A stretch of 64,000 bases of DNA from Takakia lepidozioides (lineage: Eukaryota > Plantae > Bryophyta). Below, in pieces: positions 25,460 through 39,789 of the stretch. Each line of letters starts with the position of its first letter. Positions within the stretch are counted from its first letter, which is position 1. The stretch is taken from contig CM060731.1 of NCBI GenBank assembly GCA_030704615.1, positions 21,948,001-22,012,000 on the forward strand. Reading direction: 5' to 3'. Below the pieces are notes generated by a model, which saw only the letters and a list, made by a program, of their open reading frames with translations, had not been told where the DNA came from and searched no databases. The position numbers were made by a program, and so were the translations under genes.

Positions 25460-26269
25460 CTCAGCTTTGGTTCTTTCAAAAGTCTATCAGGTAAATTGTT
25501 ATCCTGAAGCAGGTACAACTTTTTTATGGAAATTTTGGCTCTGTGACGAAGAGGGTTGGTGAGTTGGACTGTGAGGATATACTGACTGACCCATTTCTTT
25601 CAACAAGAGCAATGTAATGGAGACTAAAACAAAAATGCGCACCAACAACTCAATCCTGAGTCTTTGGCTTTGTGTATATTTCTTTAAAGTTCATATGCAT
25701 GGGACCATTTCCTACCAAGTAATCTCTGGAAAAGGAGTCTGTTGGAATGGGTCGATAACAACTCAAATTGAGAACATATGTCCACAGTTCATTGATGGTG
25801 TGGTGAGAAAAGTAAATGAGCAGAGTGGGCTGGAAGAGGAGGGTCGCCAGGCTTTATTTGCCAAAGGAGATGCAGACGTTGCAAGTTCATAGCCAATGGC
25901 AACGGATGTACTGTTGTCTGTGAAACTGGGTAAGCATATTATGTCAATGTCAATCTATGCTATGCAGAAGAGCAAAGTGAAGGATGCAGGCAGGTGTAAT
26001 ACTAAGCAATTTGCAAACTTGCAATTTGCAAGCTATTTGAAATGTATTTGCATGGTATACACAGGGACTGTTTATTACAATTCATCCAGAAAGTGGCGAA
26101 GTCAGAGGATGCTAATCAGGAAAATGCCGATGCAAAACCTTTTTCTTAGTCTTCCTGCTGTCCTGGTCCTTCGAAGCTACATTGTCTGAATGAACATTAC
26201 TGTCCAGCAAGGTGATGGATCCCCTACGTTTGCCTACGAGGTTTGTCCACCGCATGGGGAGTGAGGTAT

Positions 26270-26597
26270 ATAGGAACTAGTGTGATAAGTAGGGTTGGGT
26301 GTTTGCTGGAATTCTAGGGTGTCATTGTCAGCTGCTAGCAGCAAGGCAAGGATGTATGCATGATTTGTGCAGAGGCATGGATAGCTGAAGGAGCAGGGAT
26401 AGAATGTGGGTCCAAAATTTTAAGCTCCAGATTACCTATGATTCCCTGTGGAAGGATAGCTACAAGAAACTTGCATGGGTAGATGTTCAACTGGAAGCCG
26501 CAGCAGCAGCGGCATAAAATAGGGCACTGCTAATGAAGGCACCTTCTTCAACACATTTCACCCTGTTTTTCCCTCTTATCAGAATCGGCCCTAAATT
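26270..26597 (+). repeat. Dispersed segment also present twice inside the CACTA (~44855-45198, ~45830-46173); decayed coding-like sequence
   Basis: Shared gcaaggatgtatgcatgatt..aactggaagccgcagcagcagcg..aatcggccctaaat. Confidence 0.85.
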
Positions 26598-26599
26598 GC

Positions 26600-29110
26600 G
26601 AGACCCATTGCATCTTGTGTCCTTGCGGAGGCACAAGATTGGCCCTACCTTTCCCATCTATGACCCGAGTAGGAATGAGCATCTTGATATCTACTATGTC
26701 CATCCCCCTTCCATGTTTACGTTGCCGGCAATATCAGCCTGGAAGCTAATAGCAGACGCTTTAGTATCATAAATAGAATAGACAAACATAGTAGTGGGTG
26801 GAGTAGAATGAGTGCTTCCCATCCAACTTGGCAAGGTCTGTGGGTCATCATGTCCCTGCAACAGAGGAATGATGATGGTCTGCCAAGAGCAACATCTTCT
26901 GAGGCGTACCAAAGAAGAGACTAGAGGTAACGGACAGCCTTAATGGAAAGATTCGGAAATTATGTCACTCACCATAACCTTGCTCGAAGCTAATGACAGC
27001 ACGATTTGAATCCAAGAGAGGAAGGGCCTGTCAAGCCCGGCTTTTGAAAATGCTTGTAGCTGAAACTCCCCGTCAATGGAGTCAAAATGCCTTTTTGGAA
27101 GTTGGCCCTGGAAAACTTTATTAAAGGATTTGTAGAAAACAGATGGAGGAAAAAATAACCTCCGTAGGGCCGTGAAGGCGTATCGCAAGGGGAACACCCT
27201 GTGACCAGAGAACACTAAAAAAGGGGGAGTGAAAGAACAGAGTGACGTGAAGCCTGCAAGCGTAGTATGCAGGCTTGCACAAGGAAGGAGGAGGGGAAAG
27301 GTAGCAGCAGCCTAAATTCCTGTGAAATCAAGCTGAGCTTTGGCCTTCGAAGCGCGCGGCTTCAGGTGACCCCAGTTGATCTCTGGGTCGTCCAAATCAC
27401 CCGGAGACTTCCCATTGCCTGGGGAACTCATCGTGCCAAGTGACTGTAGTTTCAGAGATGCGGGTGCATATGCGATTATCTTTCGCCAAGGAGAGATCGA
27501 AGGCAGCAAGCAATTGTCTCCTTCTCCTGTCGCCACACCTGGACAACACTGATTGCAAGTAAACCCAACATTTACGCCCCTCAGTCATCAGATCGCAAAA
27601 AATATTATGTAGAATTAATCTGAGATTGGGGCGCCTCCCCTGGAAAACAAGAGCACACCTGGCTTTCCCAAAGAGACCACAGAGTAAGTGCTCTTAGGCA
27701 TGCCCAGATCGGGCATTTCTCCCAGATCGCACAGTTATGAAGATTGAGCAAAAACAGAAGGTCAGATCGAAGCGGCAGAGGGGTCCAATAGGAATAGAAA
27801 GTAGAGACTAGATGCCAGACTCTCTGGGACATGGCACAATTGACAAGGCAATGCTCAATTGTCTCACTTATACCAATTCCACAGCACTGGCATGAGGGGT
27901 CAGCATCCTGATAGTGCGCAGCCACTGGTAGAATTCTGTTAGCTAACTTCCAAAGAAAAGCACTGATTCTGGAAGAACGGCTTTTGAGCCATATATCAGC
28001 CCAAATGGCAGGCCATGGAATCCCTCCGAGAGGCTGCCCCCATTTGTGGTTCCATTTTGCCGTGAAATTGGCATTCCCAATCTGCAGGCGGTATCCTAAT
28101 TTAACCGTGTATCCCATAAAGGGTGTGTGAGCACGATCCATCCAAGACCACTCGGGCGGGTCGAATTGGAGGCCTTGAAGTGGCAATCCCATGAACCAAG
28201 TGAGGGAGGAGGCTCGTGCCCACTCAGCACCCATTCCAGGGGCTGGTTTCGGGTCAGCCATACCTGAGGAGGAGTCCAGGACACGAATGCGCTTCCAGGC
28301 CCAGTATAGCAGAGACTGCCTGCTGGCGAGGCTTGGAAGAGAAGCCCGTGCCAGAAGTCTGGCTCCTCCGACATAGGGTTGTAGATGGAGTTCAATAAAG
28401 TGATTGGACGATAGTTGGAAATATTTGCCCTATCACCTTTTCTGAAGATGAGAGTGATGAGTCCTTCTGAAATTGCAAAGGCATGATTTTTTTGCTTAAG
28501 ATATCCTTGGCCATAAGGAGGAAATCCTCTCCGCTGATGAGCCAAAGGGCTTTAAAAAACTCCATTGGCATGCCATCCAGTCTTGAGGTTTCCATGGGCG
28601 CCAGTGCTTCTACTGCCATCCTTGATTCTTCCATCGTAAAAGGAGAGGCTATGATCTCTTTGTCAGAGGAAGATAAAGAACAAGGGATAATGTGGATGAG
28701 GGCTCTCCTGGCCTCATCCTTGACGTGAGATGGGGCAGATTTATCAAATAACTTTATGAAGTAGTCTGCAGCTATTTTTGAGATCTATTTTTGAGATGGT
28801 TCTCCTTCACTATCCCATAAGGAAGGCAGTGACTAGATTAGCTATCCTTCTTTGTTTGGCTTTTATGAAGAAATACTTGGTCATTTTCTCTCCTCCAAAG
28901 GACCAGTTAACTCCAGCTTTAACTTTACTCACACCCCCACCAAAGGGGCTATGCACTTGGGTGCATTCAAGAATATTCCACTTAACCAATGAGGGGTCAC
29001 AAACTTGGGGGCATTTCACTTGGGTCGATTGGGAGTGCCAATGGAACTTGGCCCTAATAGCTAGATTCATACTTCCTCTATTGTTTAATTGCCACATCCC
29101 TTGCATTCAG
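26600..29110 (-). mobile_element. Fragmented, rearranged L1-clade LINE ORF2
   Basis: GEKMTKYFF, DGMPMEFFK, EGLITLIFRKGD..NYRPITLLNSIY (28300-28900); zf-RVT CQCC..ETIEHCLVNC (27600-28250); FDSIDGEF..FLSWIQ..GCPL (26900-27130). The last block is out of order. Confidence 0.8.
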
Positions 29111-29121
29111 GAGGTTGGTTC

Positions 29122-29645
29122 CAGTGTTGGACTCGTATCGTATTTTGAACACACCAGGCTGGTATATAGGCCTCCGGCCAGGGAGGTACTGGTATTGGCA
29201 AAAATCTGAGATTTGGATACCATGGTGGTATCAATAATACCTGATTGGTGTGGTGTTTTACGGGTATCAATAGCAAGAGTTTTTAGAAATCGATACCAGG
29301 GTATTATCAATACTGGTCTGGTATAAAAAAAACTCATGATATGTTAAATATTGAAAGGCCCACTTCTCATATAAATGTGTACTAGCATGCTTCTCATTGA
29401 TTTTATTCCTCAAAGTATGCCTCAAGTTCCTCCAAGTATTGATACCTAGGTTTTCCTCACGAACATGGATATGGTACTGGTATCAGGTACCAGATTTTCA
29501 ACCACCTACCAGACTGGTAGGGTATCGTCCACAGTATTAGGAAGCAGATACCAGGTCAATACGGGTATATGTTGGTACCAGACTGGTCCGGTACTTCATA
29601 CCAATATTGATACCAGTTTCTTGTCGGTATACCAGTCCAACACTG
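29122..29645. mobile_element. Non-autonomous hAT-type MITE, 524 bp
   Basis: TIRs CAGTGTTGGACTCGTAT / CAGTGTTGGACTGGTAT; 8-bp TSD GTTGGTTC/GTTGGATC; many subterminal GGTAT/ATACC motifs. Confidence 0.88.
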
Positions 29646-29804
29646 GTTGGATCCCTAAGTTTGTGTGCTTACAAGCCTAGTATTAAAGGAGTTGCTATTA
29701 AAATAAGAAGCCTAAAATTAATAGGTACCTACCTTTTGAGAATGGACTTCTTATGAACTGTACTTGTGAAGCCAGAGCATTATCCAAGGCATATGTCAAG
29801 CTAC

Positions 29805-29935
29805 TCACTGTCCGCATTGAGCTGACCACGTGCTCAACAGTGGTGTTTGCCTCCGCATAAGCAAGCTGTCCTTTGCTCGACATTTTAGACATTATCATTG
29901 ACATGGTGCCACCATCACCAGTGGCAGCCTCCAGC
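29805..29935 (-). pseudogene. ABCB (P-glycoprotein) transmembrane-region fragment
   Basis: [36 protein letters not shown] resembles plant ABCB SKMSSRGQxAYAEAGxVVEQTIGSIRTV; isolated exon. Confidence 0.75.
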
Positions 29936-30439
29936 CCTTTGCAAAGGCAACAACAAACCCACCTATGAATGTTGCTACAAGCCATTGAAACTTGCCCACA
30001 TGTCCAAAGCATGCCACAGGCTGTACCTCAGAAATTAAGTAACTGGAGCTGTTTCTTATCAAGTCCTCCCATATTTAGTAGAGTGTATGCTTCCTGTCAG
30101 ACTCCCAAAAGCATTGGTGACCTATACATGTATACTACAGCACATTACAGAAACCAAGATTTAAATAAAGCTGTAAACAGCCATCTTGTGCTCAGATGGC
30201 AGACAGATTTACAGCCATCCCTCATGATGTTGGTGATGCTCAACGTGTCTATCTATAGCGGCTGTACAATATATCCACTGAGTTTCACCCATATGAATGC
30301 CACCCGCCACCCCAATCCATAAAATAGAACAGTTTTCAACGTGCGTCTGACGGGTCGTGGACCTGGAATTAAACTGTTCGAGTTCCGGGCTAATGGATGC
30401 CCTAAGAGGGCTCTGAAATGTGTTTCATGGAGTGTTGTT

Positions 30440-30812
30440 GTGGAGATGGAGATGACAACTGCAATCTGTTAATAACTCTGGTTGTGAGATCAGAATAGAA
30501 GCGCCAATGGCTTCCCAGACAATCTCTTCAGCTCTGCTGACTTTCCTCAATGTGTGGATTTTGCCAGTGAGCCCAAATGCAAGTGCCAGCTTCTCAATCA
30601 GATGACAAAGAGGAAATCCTTCATCCTACCTGCCAGTCGGAACATAGATGTTCAATGGAAGTACATGAGGTACAACGCACTGCAGATCACACTTGAGAAG
30701 GTAATTCGCTGCCCGTTCTGCCACCTCCACACCACCATGAATTCTGCAGGCCCCAAGCAAGGCACCCCATACTGGAGCATCTGGTTTGATCGGCATATTG
30801 ATAATTAAGTCC
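30440..30812 (-). pseudogene. PLS-PPR E/DYW pseudogene, 3' part (interrupted by Copia)
   Basis: DLIINMPIKPDAPVWGALLGACRIHGGVEVAERAA..NIY; decayed DYW motifs EKLALAFGL and CSC. Confidence 0.85.
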
Positions 30813-31119
30813 TGTTGGAAGTAATTAAACATATCTAGAAGACTAAGAGTCTTGAAGGCCAAAGGTTTAGAAGTCTAAGAGACTATCTTGTTTAACTCAC
30901 CTTTGGAAGGTGAATGGCTAGAAGGTGGATGGTCACCATAGTGGAAGTGGAAGTGACCAAGTAGGACTTTCTAGAGACCTTCTTGTACAAGCTCGGGGGT
31001 GAAGCCACTAGTCTAAGTGTAAGAGTATGATGGTGGCTTCTATGGTTGGGAGGAGAGCTTTAGTTTTAGCTTTAGTCTAAGACTTTAGTTCTTGTTCATG
31101 TTCTTGCTCAATTCTAACA
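30813..31119 (+). repeat. Copia 5' LTR, 307 bp
   Basis: Differs from the 3' LTR by one substitution and one 6-bp GTGGAA indel. Confidence 0.97.
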
Positions 31120-34100
31120 TGGTATCAGAGCCATTTTTCTCTAGGTGAGAGTTGGTAGTTGAGATTGAGAGAACTTGATTATGGCTGGAGCGTCGTCTTC
31201 TAGCAATCCTCCTTCTATGTGTATGACGAGTGCATTAGATGTGAGAGTGGAAGATCGATTCAATGAACCTGGAAGTTTAGGATGGAGATGGTCCTTCTAG
31301 ACAAAGATCTATGGGGAGTGGTTGATGGATCAGTCCCAAGACCTGACATTATTGTTGGCCAAGCCATATGGGATAGGAAAGATCAGAAAGCAAGAGCTAG
31401 CATCATCACAAGCTTGAGAGACAATCAGTTGCATCTCATTATAAGTGCTAAGAATGCTAAGGATGTTTGGGATAAGCTAGCAAGCATATATGAGACGAAG
31501 GATGTCACATCGCAAGTGTATGCGACGCAAAAGTTCTATGGTCTGAAGATGACCGAGCCAGACTCAATTGAACAACACTTGAATTTGTTTTGTGTGTTGC
31601 GAGATCAACTAGTCTCTGTGGGAACTAATGTGACTGATGAACACGCCGCAGTGGTGTTATTGGCAACCTTACCCGAATCCTATGATGGTTTTGTGGTGTC
31701 TCTAGCAGGACAAACTAACTTAACTATTGATGTTGTCATAGGACTTCTCATCAAGGAGGAAACAAGAAGAAAAGGTCAAGGTACGTCTACAGAGGTAGAC
31801 AGAGCTTTGTTCACAGGCAAGACTGGAGTAGTCTTGAATAGAAGACTCCCTTCACATATGTCTCAGAAATCCCAGAGGTTTCAGAAACCTCAATCTAGCT
31901 CAAAGATAAAAAAGGCCAAAGTGAGGTGCTTTTATTGCAAGAAACTTGGTCACATGATCAAGGATTGTAGAAAGCGCATTGCAGATGAGCGCAGCAGAGA
32001 GAGTCAATGGAACATAGCTACTCTTTAGAGGAATGCTATTCTATTTGTTGTGTCTCTCTCAGCCACTACTAGACAGAAGCATGTGTGGTATGTTGATTCA
32101 GGAGCATCTCAACATATGAGTTCAAAGAGAGAGCATTTCTTATCCTATAGATCTCTTTTACCTACACAATATGTTCTTTTGGGAGATGATAGCAAGCATG
32201 TCATTAGTGGGGAAGGCTCAGTCTCTTTTATGCTCAATGAAAGATAAACCATAGAGGTGGAAAATGTCCTACATGTCCCTACTTTAACAAAGAACCTGTT
32301 GTCTGTAAGGCAAATTGTTGCAAAGGGATACAGAGTGGTATTCCAAGATGAGAGTTGTACTATCACAGATAGTTCAGGAGCTGTGGTAGCAAGAGCTATT
32401 CTTGACAATTGCTTGTATAGATTACAACATCATGTCTCTAGTGCTCTTACCACATTTTCACCACAGTTGGGATCTACACCTGTCATGTCAAAAACAGAGT
32501 TCTAGCATAGAAGGTTAGGTCATGTGAGCATTAAGAAGTTGAGACAGATGCAACTCTCAAGCCATCTTGTGGAAGGACTACCATTGAAGGAGATGAGCGA
32601 TACGCGTCTATGCAAAGGTTGCTTGGAAGGGAAGCAACATCGAGGTCAATTTCCTAAGGATGGTGGACGAAGAGCCACAAGTATATTGGAGATTGTACAT
32701 TCTGATGTGTGCGGGCCAATGCAAACCACATCACTTGGAGGAGCAAGGTACTTTGTGACATTCATTGATGATTTGTCAAGGAGGGTTGTGGTGTATTTCC
32801 CAAGGCAGAAAAGTCAAGTGCTAGAGAAATTCAAGGAGTTCAAAGTACTTGCAGAAAAACAAACTGGAAAGCCTCTAAAGATTTTGAGATCTGACAATGG
32901 TGGTGAGTACATCTCAAAGACTTTCGATCAGTTTTGTCAAGAGAATGGAATAGCTCGATAGTTTACTGTTCCATATACACCTGAGCAGAATGGTGTAGCT
33001 GAGCGGATGAATAGATCACTACAAGAATCTACAAGGAGTATGTTGAAAGAAGTGAATTTTTCAAATCATTTTTGGGCAGAAGCTGTTGGCACTGCAGCAT
33101 ATCTTCACAACAGAATACCTATCAAATCAGTGTTGGGAAAAACACCAGAAGAGGTATGGAGTGGTCAGAAGCCTAGTGTGGCTCATTGTAGGATTTTTGG
33201 ATGTCGTGCATATGTCCATATCCCTACTCAGAAGCGAAGGAAACTTGACTCCAAATCAGAAGGATGTATCTTCATTGGCTACACAGAAGGTGTGAAGGGA
33301 TATAAGTTGTTCAATAAGACAACTAAGGTTGTCAAACACAGTAGGGACGTAGTGTTTGATGAAGGCTTCATACCCTCTTTGGTAGTGGGAGAAGATGACA
33401 TGGGAATGAGCTTAGAGCCATTACACCATTTCCAAGATGAGTCTTATGAGGAGCCAATACAAGAGATGGCTGAAGCAAATGATGGAGGTGTTCAACTTGA
33501 TGGAGTTGATCAAAGAGTCGAAGTTGGTGAACCACTTGTTGATATGGACTCTAGAGATGAAGTTGAAGATGTGCCAATTCTAAGGAGATCTCAGCGGGAA
33601 AGGAAAGCTCCTAATAGGCTGATTACATCTATGAGTGCCATTGAAGCTATGGAAGAAGCATCACAAGTGGTTGAGCCTGCTACATATGAGGAAGCAATGC
33701 GCTCTCCAGACAAACTACAATGGGAAGAAGCAATCAACTCAGAGTTGGATTCATTGATGCAAAACAAAGCATGGACACTCACTAGGTTGTCTGCAGGACG
33801 AAGAGCCATTGGTTGCAAGTGGATCTTCAAGTTGAAGTACAAAGCTGATGGATCTATTTACCGGTACAAAGCTCGTCTTGTAGCTAAAGGCTATGCACAA
33901 ATTCAAGGAGTGGATTACAATGAAACCTTCTCACCAGTGGTGAAGATTTCTTCTATCAGAGTGTTGTTAGCTCTTGCAGCTCAACATAATCACGAAGTTC
34001 ATCAAATGGATGTTAAGACCGCATTTCTAAATGGAGAACTACAAGAAGAGATTTACATGAGACAACCTGAAGGGTTTGTACAAGGAGGAAGTGATATTGT

Positions 34101-37100
34101 GTGTAACACTAGTACAGAAACTGGTTTTTTTAACGGCTCTTCTCACACATTTTGGTGTGAAAAAAGCGCAAGTTCACACCCCCCCTTGGTGTTAGGTTAA
34201 CCTAGTCCTTTGCACCACATGTGAACTTTCTTGGTCCTGTTAAAAAAACCATCTCACACCAAACTTGCACCTGATGTGGCAGTAGGCTTAGGTGGCTCTT
34301 TTGACGGATATTTTGACGGTCGTTTTGACTGGTTAGTTCAACTACTATTTTGACTAAGTAATCTTAATGGTCTTTCTACGGTACTTATTACACCTCGGCG
34401 CCACCATGTTTGCCACATGTATGTCAAAGGGAATGCCACGTAATAGAGTCCATCAGAATTATTAAATAAATAATAGATATTAAGGGCTCTTCTTACGGAC
34501 TCTCTCACACAGATTTAACACCAGGTTCAAGTCGTGGTGTGATCGCAATGACACTAGTGTGAATACTGTCACATCCACTGTTTTATTCCTATTGGATGAA
34601 AAGTAAACAATTATTATTTGTTGACAAATGCCAAAATGAATAGTCATATTATTATTATTATTATTCTTATAATAAATGGGATAGCACCCCAAAAGCCATT
34701 GGCTGCTTGATTTAATATGTAATATATTATTGTTTTAGAATTTTGATTTGTTTTGTTTCATTTAAACAAAAGCTTATTTAAAACATGGATAATAATTGTA
34801 TTATGAACCACATTGACCAGTAGTATTGTTATTAATATTAAATATAGCAAACAACCAGCAAAATACCACATTCATGTCTACACAAGTTTAATTTGGCTTG
34901 ATGTGGGAAAATGAAGTTGCCTTTGAACAAGGGGATCTTGTGATCATACATGAGAATAGCAAGAGCATCAATTCAAAAAATATTGTTCATGTCAGAAGAG
35001 CAGTTTTGTTCACCTGTCTCAGCAACCTTCAATCCATAAAGAAAACTAAACTAAACTTGTAGCATCTTCAATATCACGCGTGTTTAATAAACTTTTCAGA
35101 CCATAAGGTGGCACTTCCCTGCGTGTCACCCAATGTGGTATGATTAGGGGTAACAGAGTAGTCCGGGTACGGCAACACAACCTCTGAAATCATGACCGAT
35201 TTCACATGGATACGGTAATAGTTGTCTGGCACATTTGCTTTCGGAAATCCAGCAATATATCCCACACCTGCCCTTCTTTTTGGTGCACAAGGATCAAACA
35301 ATAACACCTTGTCGCCGATCTGAAACTGCAACAAAAACCAGATTCTTATATCAGAAATGAACCCTGGAGAACAGAGACTGACAGCTTGGCACTCTTGCAA
35401 AATGCATCCTCGTTCTTCCAGCAAACACCCCAACCCTACCTATTGCAGTACTTCCAATTCTGAATTGCATTTGCCTGTCTCTATACTCCATGCTGACATG
35501 ATCAAAGGTGGAATGGTGCCATACCTAGTTGATAGCAGGTTCTGCATGGTCAACATGGATGTGGTAGGACGATGTCACAAAACTACCTTTGTAGGTTGTC
35601 AATCCTATAGCTACACAGCGATACATAGAGGGTGTATTGATCCAGCATCAGACAAGGAAACAAAAGAGGACAAAAGAAGTACTTACACTGTGCGGATTTT
35701 GTTGGTCACCCCATGGTTCAGTTACATCCACTGTGGTTGTAGTCTGATTGATAGCACATATTGTGCTTTCCCTGCCCATTGAACGCTTCACTGGTTTCAC
35801 CATCTGCATATTGAATGACACATGATCAAAAAATGAGAATAGCACGAATGACACACATTGTGAAGTAGCATTAACAATACAAATTCACCCACGCGCCCAA
35901 GCATTGAATCTTTTGCTCTCACCTTTCTTTGATTATGCTTTGTTGTTGCATCGGGAGGCAAAGTCGTTGGAACTCTGGCAGCAGGAAGCCCTGGTTCGGA
36001 TGCCTTTGTAGATTGTTGTGATCCACTACCCATGGCTGCAGTATTGAACAAGTAGTTGGGTTGCCCATATCTGTATGGGTGCCCTGACACATACTCAGGG
36101 ATGTGTGCAACCTTGGATACACCCTCTAACCAAGGCAGTAATTCTTTCATAAGCCTCTTGCAGTTTGGCTGATCCCTCAACTTCCATGGATACGGGAAGA
36201 TGCAATTATTTGCAGGGTTGGGTAAGCAAGTGAGTGGGGAATCGTCCACCAGCAAAGTATTGGTTGGATTGTAATGGCTGTAGTCCTTCCAAAACTTACA
36301 TAAGTTCTTGTACATGACAGTTTTAGAAGGATTGAGAGGGTCCACCATTCCCACAGGTTGGTCACAATAGTCTTGGTGAAGCACCATCTTTGGTTGCTTC
36401 CCAGGAAACAATGCTTTCACAACTGGAAGGACATTACTCAATGACATGGAAGACCATACACCTACATCAAAAATCTGAAGGCATCGGTCCAGAAACTCCT
36501 GACACCCAGGTCTGGAGGTGACAGTGGGCTCTAGGTGTTCCCTTGTTCGTAGTCTGCTCTCACATAACAATCCATTCAAGTCAAGTATAAGGATGTGTTT
36601 CTACCTCTCAGTTGCCGAAGGGCAATTACCAACAACTTGTACATGATTATCATGTACAAAAGACACACCTTTCTGTGGGGCACTCTGCAAATTCATGGAG
36701 ACCTCACAGGCATATTGAGAGGGTAGTACATATGCCGGAAGTGCTACTGGTGTAGGGGACAACAAAACGGATGAACACTTTGCAGTTGCCTCAACAATAT
36801 GGGGGGATGGATTGAGTTCACCTTCAGACCAACCCTCCATGTCATCATCCCCCTCCATTTCTGAAAGCCCAAACAATGAGCCTATTGTGTTTGGCTTTGG
36901 TGGTGGTGAAGAAACTGCCTTGAACAGGTTGAGTGGTGAGCCCATAACATGAGAAATAGTCTCATTTGTTGTGTGTGGCGCAAAGGTGGTGCATGGTGGA
37001 CCTGTAGGTTCCGAATCTGGCACATTCATGCCAAGTTTAGCTGCGAGCGCAATGTTGAATGTAGCTGCTACCTCCAGTTGGCCTTGGACTGCTTCCAAAG

Positions 37101-39059
37101 CTGCCTTGGAGCTGGCTTCCATCTGCACTTGTTTGTTTTCCATAGCATCGAGGCGAGCTGCTAGTGAACCAATTCCCTGCCCCATCACATAGAACACCTC
37201 CAAAGTAACAATTCACTACACTGACTGATGAACTAGTAAGAAAACAGAACCAAACGGCAACTAGCAATGACATGGAAATCACGAATATGTAATTCACACC
37301 AGAATTGGTACTGAGTTTATATACCGTTGTGGCTGCACTGCCTGTACACCCCGAGCCGTAGCCTTTGTCACTCCTGGCGCTACCGGCGATCTCCTGCAAA
37401 CTTGGTGTACGTCCAGTCTCCTTCTCCTGTGATTGCAACAAACTTGCAAGTGTTAATGACTAGCATAGCACACTGCCAACAGTAAAGAATTATCTAGGAT
37501 AGCATCAATGACTCCCCCTCAATAAGAGTGCTTAGTTTCTTGCTGGTGCCCAACTCTGAGAAGGCCCCCAAGTAGTAGCAATGTGTACTAATTCAATGGT
37601 GATAGGAATAGACTCTGAGCTCCAGCCAAAAAAACCCAACACATAAAGTTTGTCAATGCAAAACAATGTGGGAACTTCCTATGTTGTAAGAGAAGTATAC
37701 TAGTCGTGCTACAACACCGCTGATTCCACTACGACCTGATCGAGATGTATTCTTCACACATCCCCGCGCCTTGACACCATTTGCCTGAAATTTCTTGAAA
37801 TCAGTGGAACCCCAACTAACAACTAGTTGTGCCCATGTCTTGTCTGGCACATGATGGGGTTTGGGCAGCCCCACACTATAGTAATTTTTGAACAGCTTAT
37901 TTCGTTGGTACTTGAGCTGCTCGCAAATTGTTTTTGTAATAGCCTTTATGTTAAGACCAGGAGGTCCGTATTCCCAATCTGAAGCCAGGATCTCCATGAT
38001 CTTTTCAATTAAGTGTAATGGTTGATCCTGAGCATACAATGACCAGTCCAACAAACGTTGACACTGCCCTCGCAGAGCTGTCATCCACTGGTTCCGAGCA
38101 GGACCTTCAGGGTTTCCAAGTTCATCACAAGAAATGAAAATTTCCTCCTCCCTACAGCCACATTCTGAGCAGCCTGGTCTCTCAGATCTTTTGCAAGTGC
38201 CCTTCTTTCCCTCCTTAAAGCATTTTTGCGTTCTATAGGAGTCACACCTGATGTCCCCCCAGGACTAAGGCTGGAATCCTGCAAGGTTTCAGCAGTACCA
38301 TGCATGTTACCACCTTCACTCTGTTGGGGCTGGACTGTTGTCTCCCACCCCACAGGATGATGCGGAGCAAATGCATCCTCGGTCTGTTTCAGAATGCCTT
38401 TCCCTTTCAGGGTATTAGGTGTACCTGGAGATGTTGGATAAAGAGGTGGCCGCGGTGCAGTGAAGCTCGAAGGTGCCGGCAGTTGTACTCCACTGTAGTT
38501 GGATCCTGAAGGTTGGTGGCCACCATACTGGACCTGCCCCTGGTGTGGTCTTGCAGGGCTGGTAGGATAGAGGGAGGAAGTAGGTTGGTTGTACATAGGC
38601 CGAGGAGGATACATACTATGGGGATGCATTCCATAATGGTGGTAAATGGAATACCCACCTTGACTAGGATCATGCATTGGAGCGCCTGCAGGTGGAGCAA
38701 AAGAATTGTAATTCTGGCACTGAGAATCATTGTTTGGAGGTTGATAGTGAGGATACGGCATGTGCCCATGCAGATTATACCCTGACATGGCAGGATACTG
38801 TGGGTACATAAGCGGATACGAGGGAGGAGCCGATACTGGTGGATACAAGGGACCTAGAACGTCAGTATGTGGAGTGGGCGGGGCTGGTTTTTCATAAGGG
38901 GAAACAACCGCGCCACTCATCACAGCAGTTGGCGCAATAGTTGGTGCACACTTTGCTGGAGTAAGAGACTTATGCTCGTTCGCATCCTTCCCTGCAATTC
39001 CCTTCCTTTTTTTGACTGAACTCTGCACACATTGCTCAACAGAAACATGTGAAACAATA

Positions 39060-39760
39060 CGACCATACTACTAGGGATGGCAAACCACGTGGGTAGCCAA
39101 GCCCAAAGTTCCTAGTTTCAAACCTATATAGACTTGTCCAGTATAATTTAGGTTCTCTGAGACCAACAATCTGATTGATATCTTACGGAGCTGGTAGTAC
39201 CCTCGCCCACAATTCTCTGTTGGTTTCCAATTGCAGCTCTTTATAGAGGCTCGTCTCTCCTATCTTGATTCATCTCATTGGTCCACCTGATTAACAGCTC
39301 TAGCACAGACATTAGTTTCATGATCAACCCAATGATCTTGTCAACCACGGAGGAAACGAAACTCTCCCAGAGCCCCTGCTCTTCGACTTCATTTCTTGCG
39401 TTATCAGAGTCGAGACTGAAGTCTTGGAGCGATGCATCGAGAGGGAGAGCTCTTGCAGGCCTGGACCATACTCAACCTTGGAACCTCCTCATATGAAGTT
39501 TTCTATGCGCCACTTTCCCGAATTGAATGTTCACCTATCTCTTGTTTGGGGAAACACCTTTTGATCTCATCCACAAACCAGGACTGGTCAGAGGTAGCAA
39601 TTCTTCGTCGATCAAACATTCGCACACTGGGGAACAAATTTTTGTCCATTATGAATAATCCACATGGAGCGTTCCCCAGTTTGGGATTGCTCACGAGTCC
39701 ACATGCCTTGGTCACCTCTTGTCCTGATATTCAAGGTGAAAAGCTGAAGACCTTCTAGAC
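39060..39760 (+). mobile_element. Second DIRS-group relic (RNase H/MT-like on +, YR on -) in TnpA intron 2
   Basis: Plus: LVNHGG (39337-39354), QDWS (39579-39590), LGLLTSP. Minus: LQLFTLNIRT..MWIIHN..EIGEHSIRESGA (HSIRESGA at 39529-39506)..VPRLSMVQAC. Confidence 0.5.
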
Positions 39761-39789
39761 AGTTAATTAACTGTCTGCCAGTAGAATGA

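Noticed and set aside
31282-34106. Programmed readthrough or RNA editing of in-frame stops in Copia, TnpA or ASY1
   Set aside because: Several stops are simple transitions in conserved codons (TGG>TAG, CAG>TAG, CGA>TGA) and come with frameshifts. Plant U-to-C editing is organellar.
39060-39760. Endogenous RNA-virus L-protein fragment (also considered for 1-2260)
   Set aside because: Resemblance was vague. Ordered RT/RH/MT motifs and an HSIR-GA box fit a YR retroelement better, although only a search can settle it.
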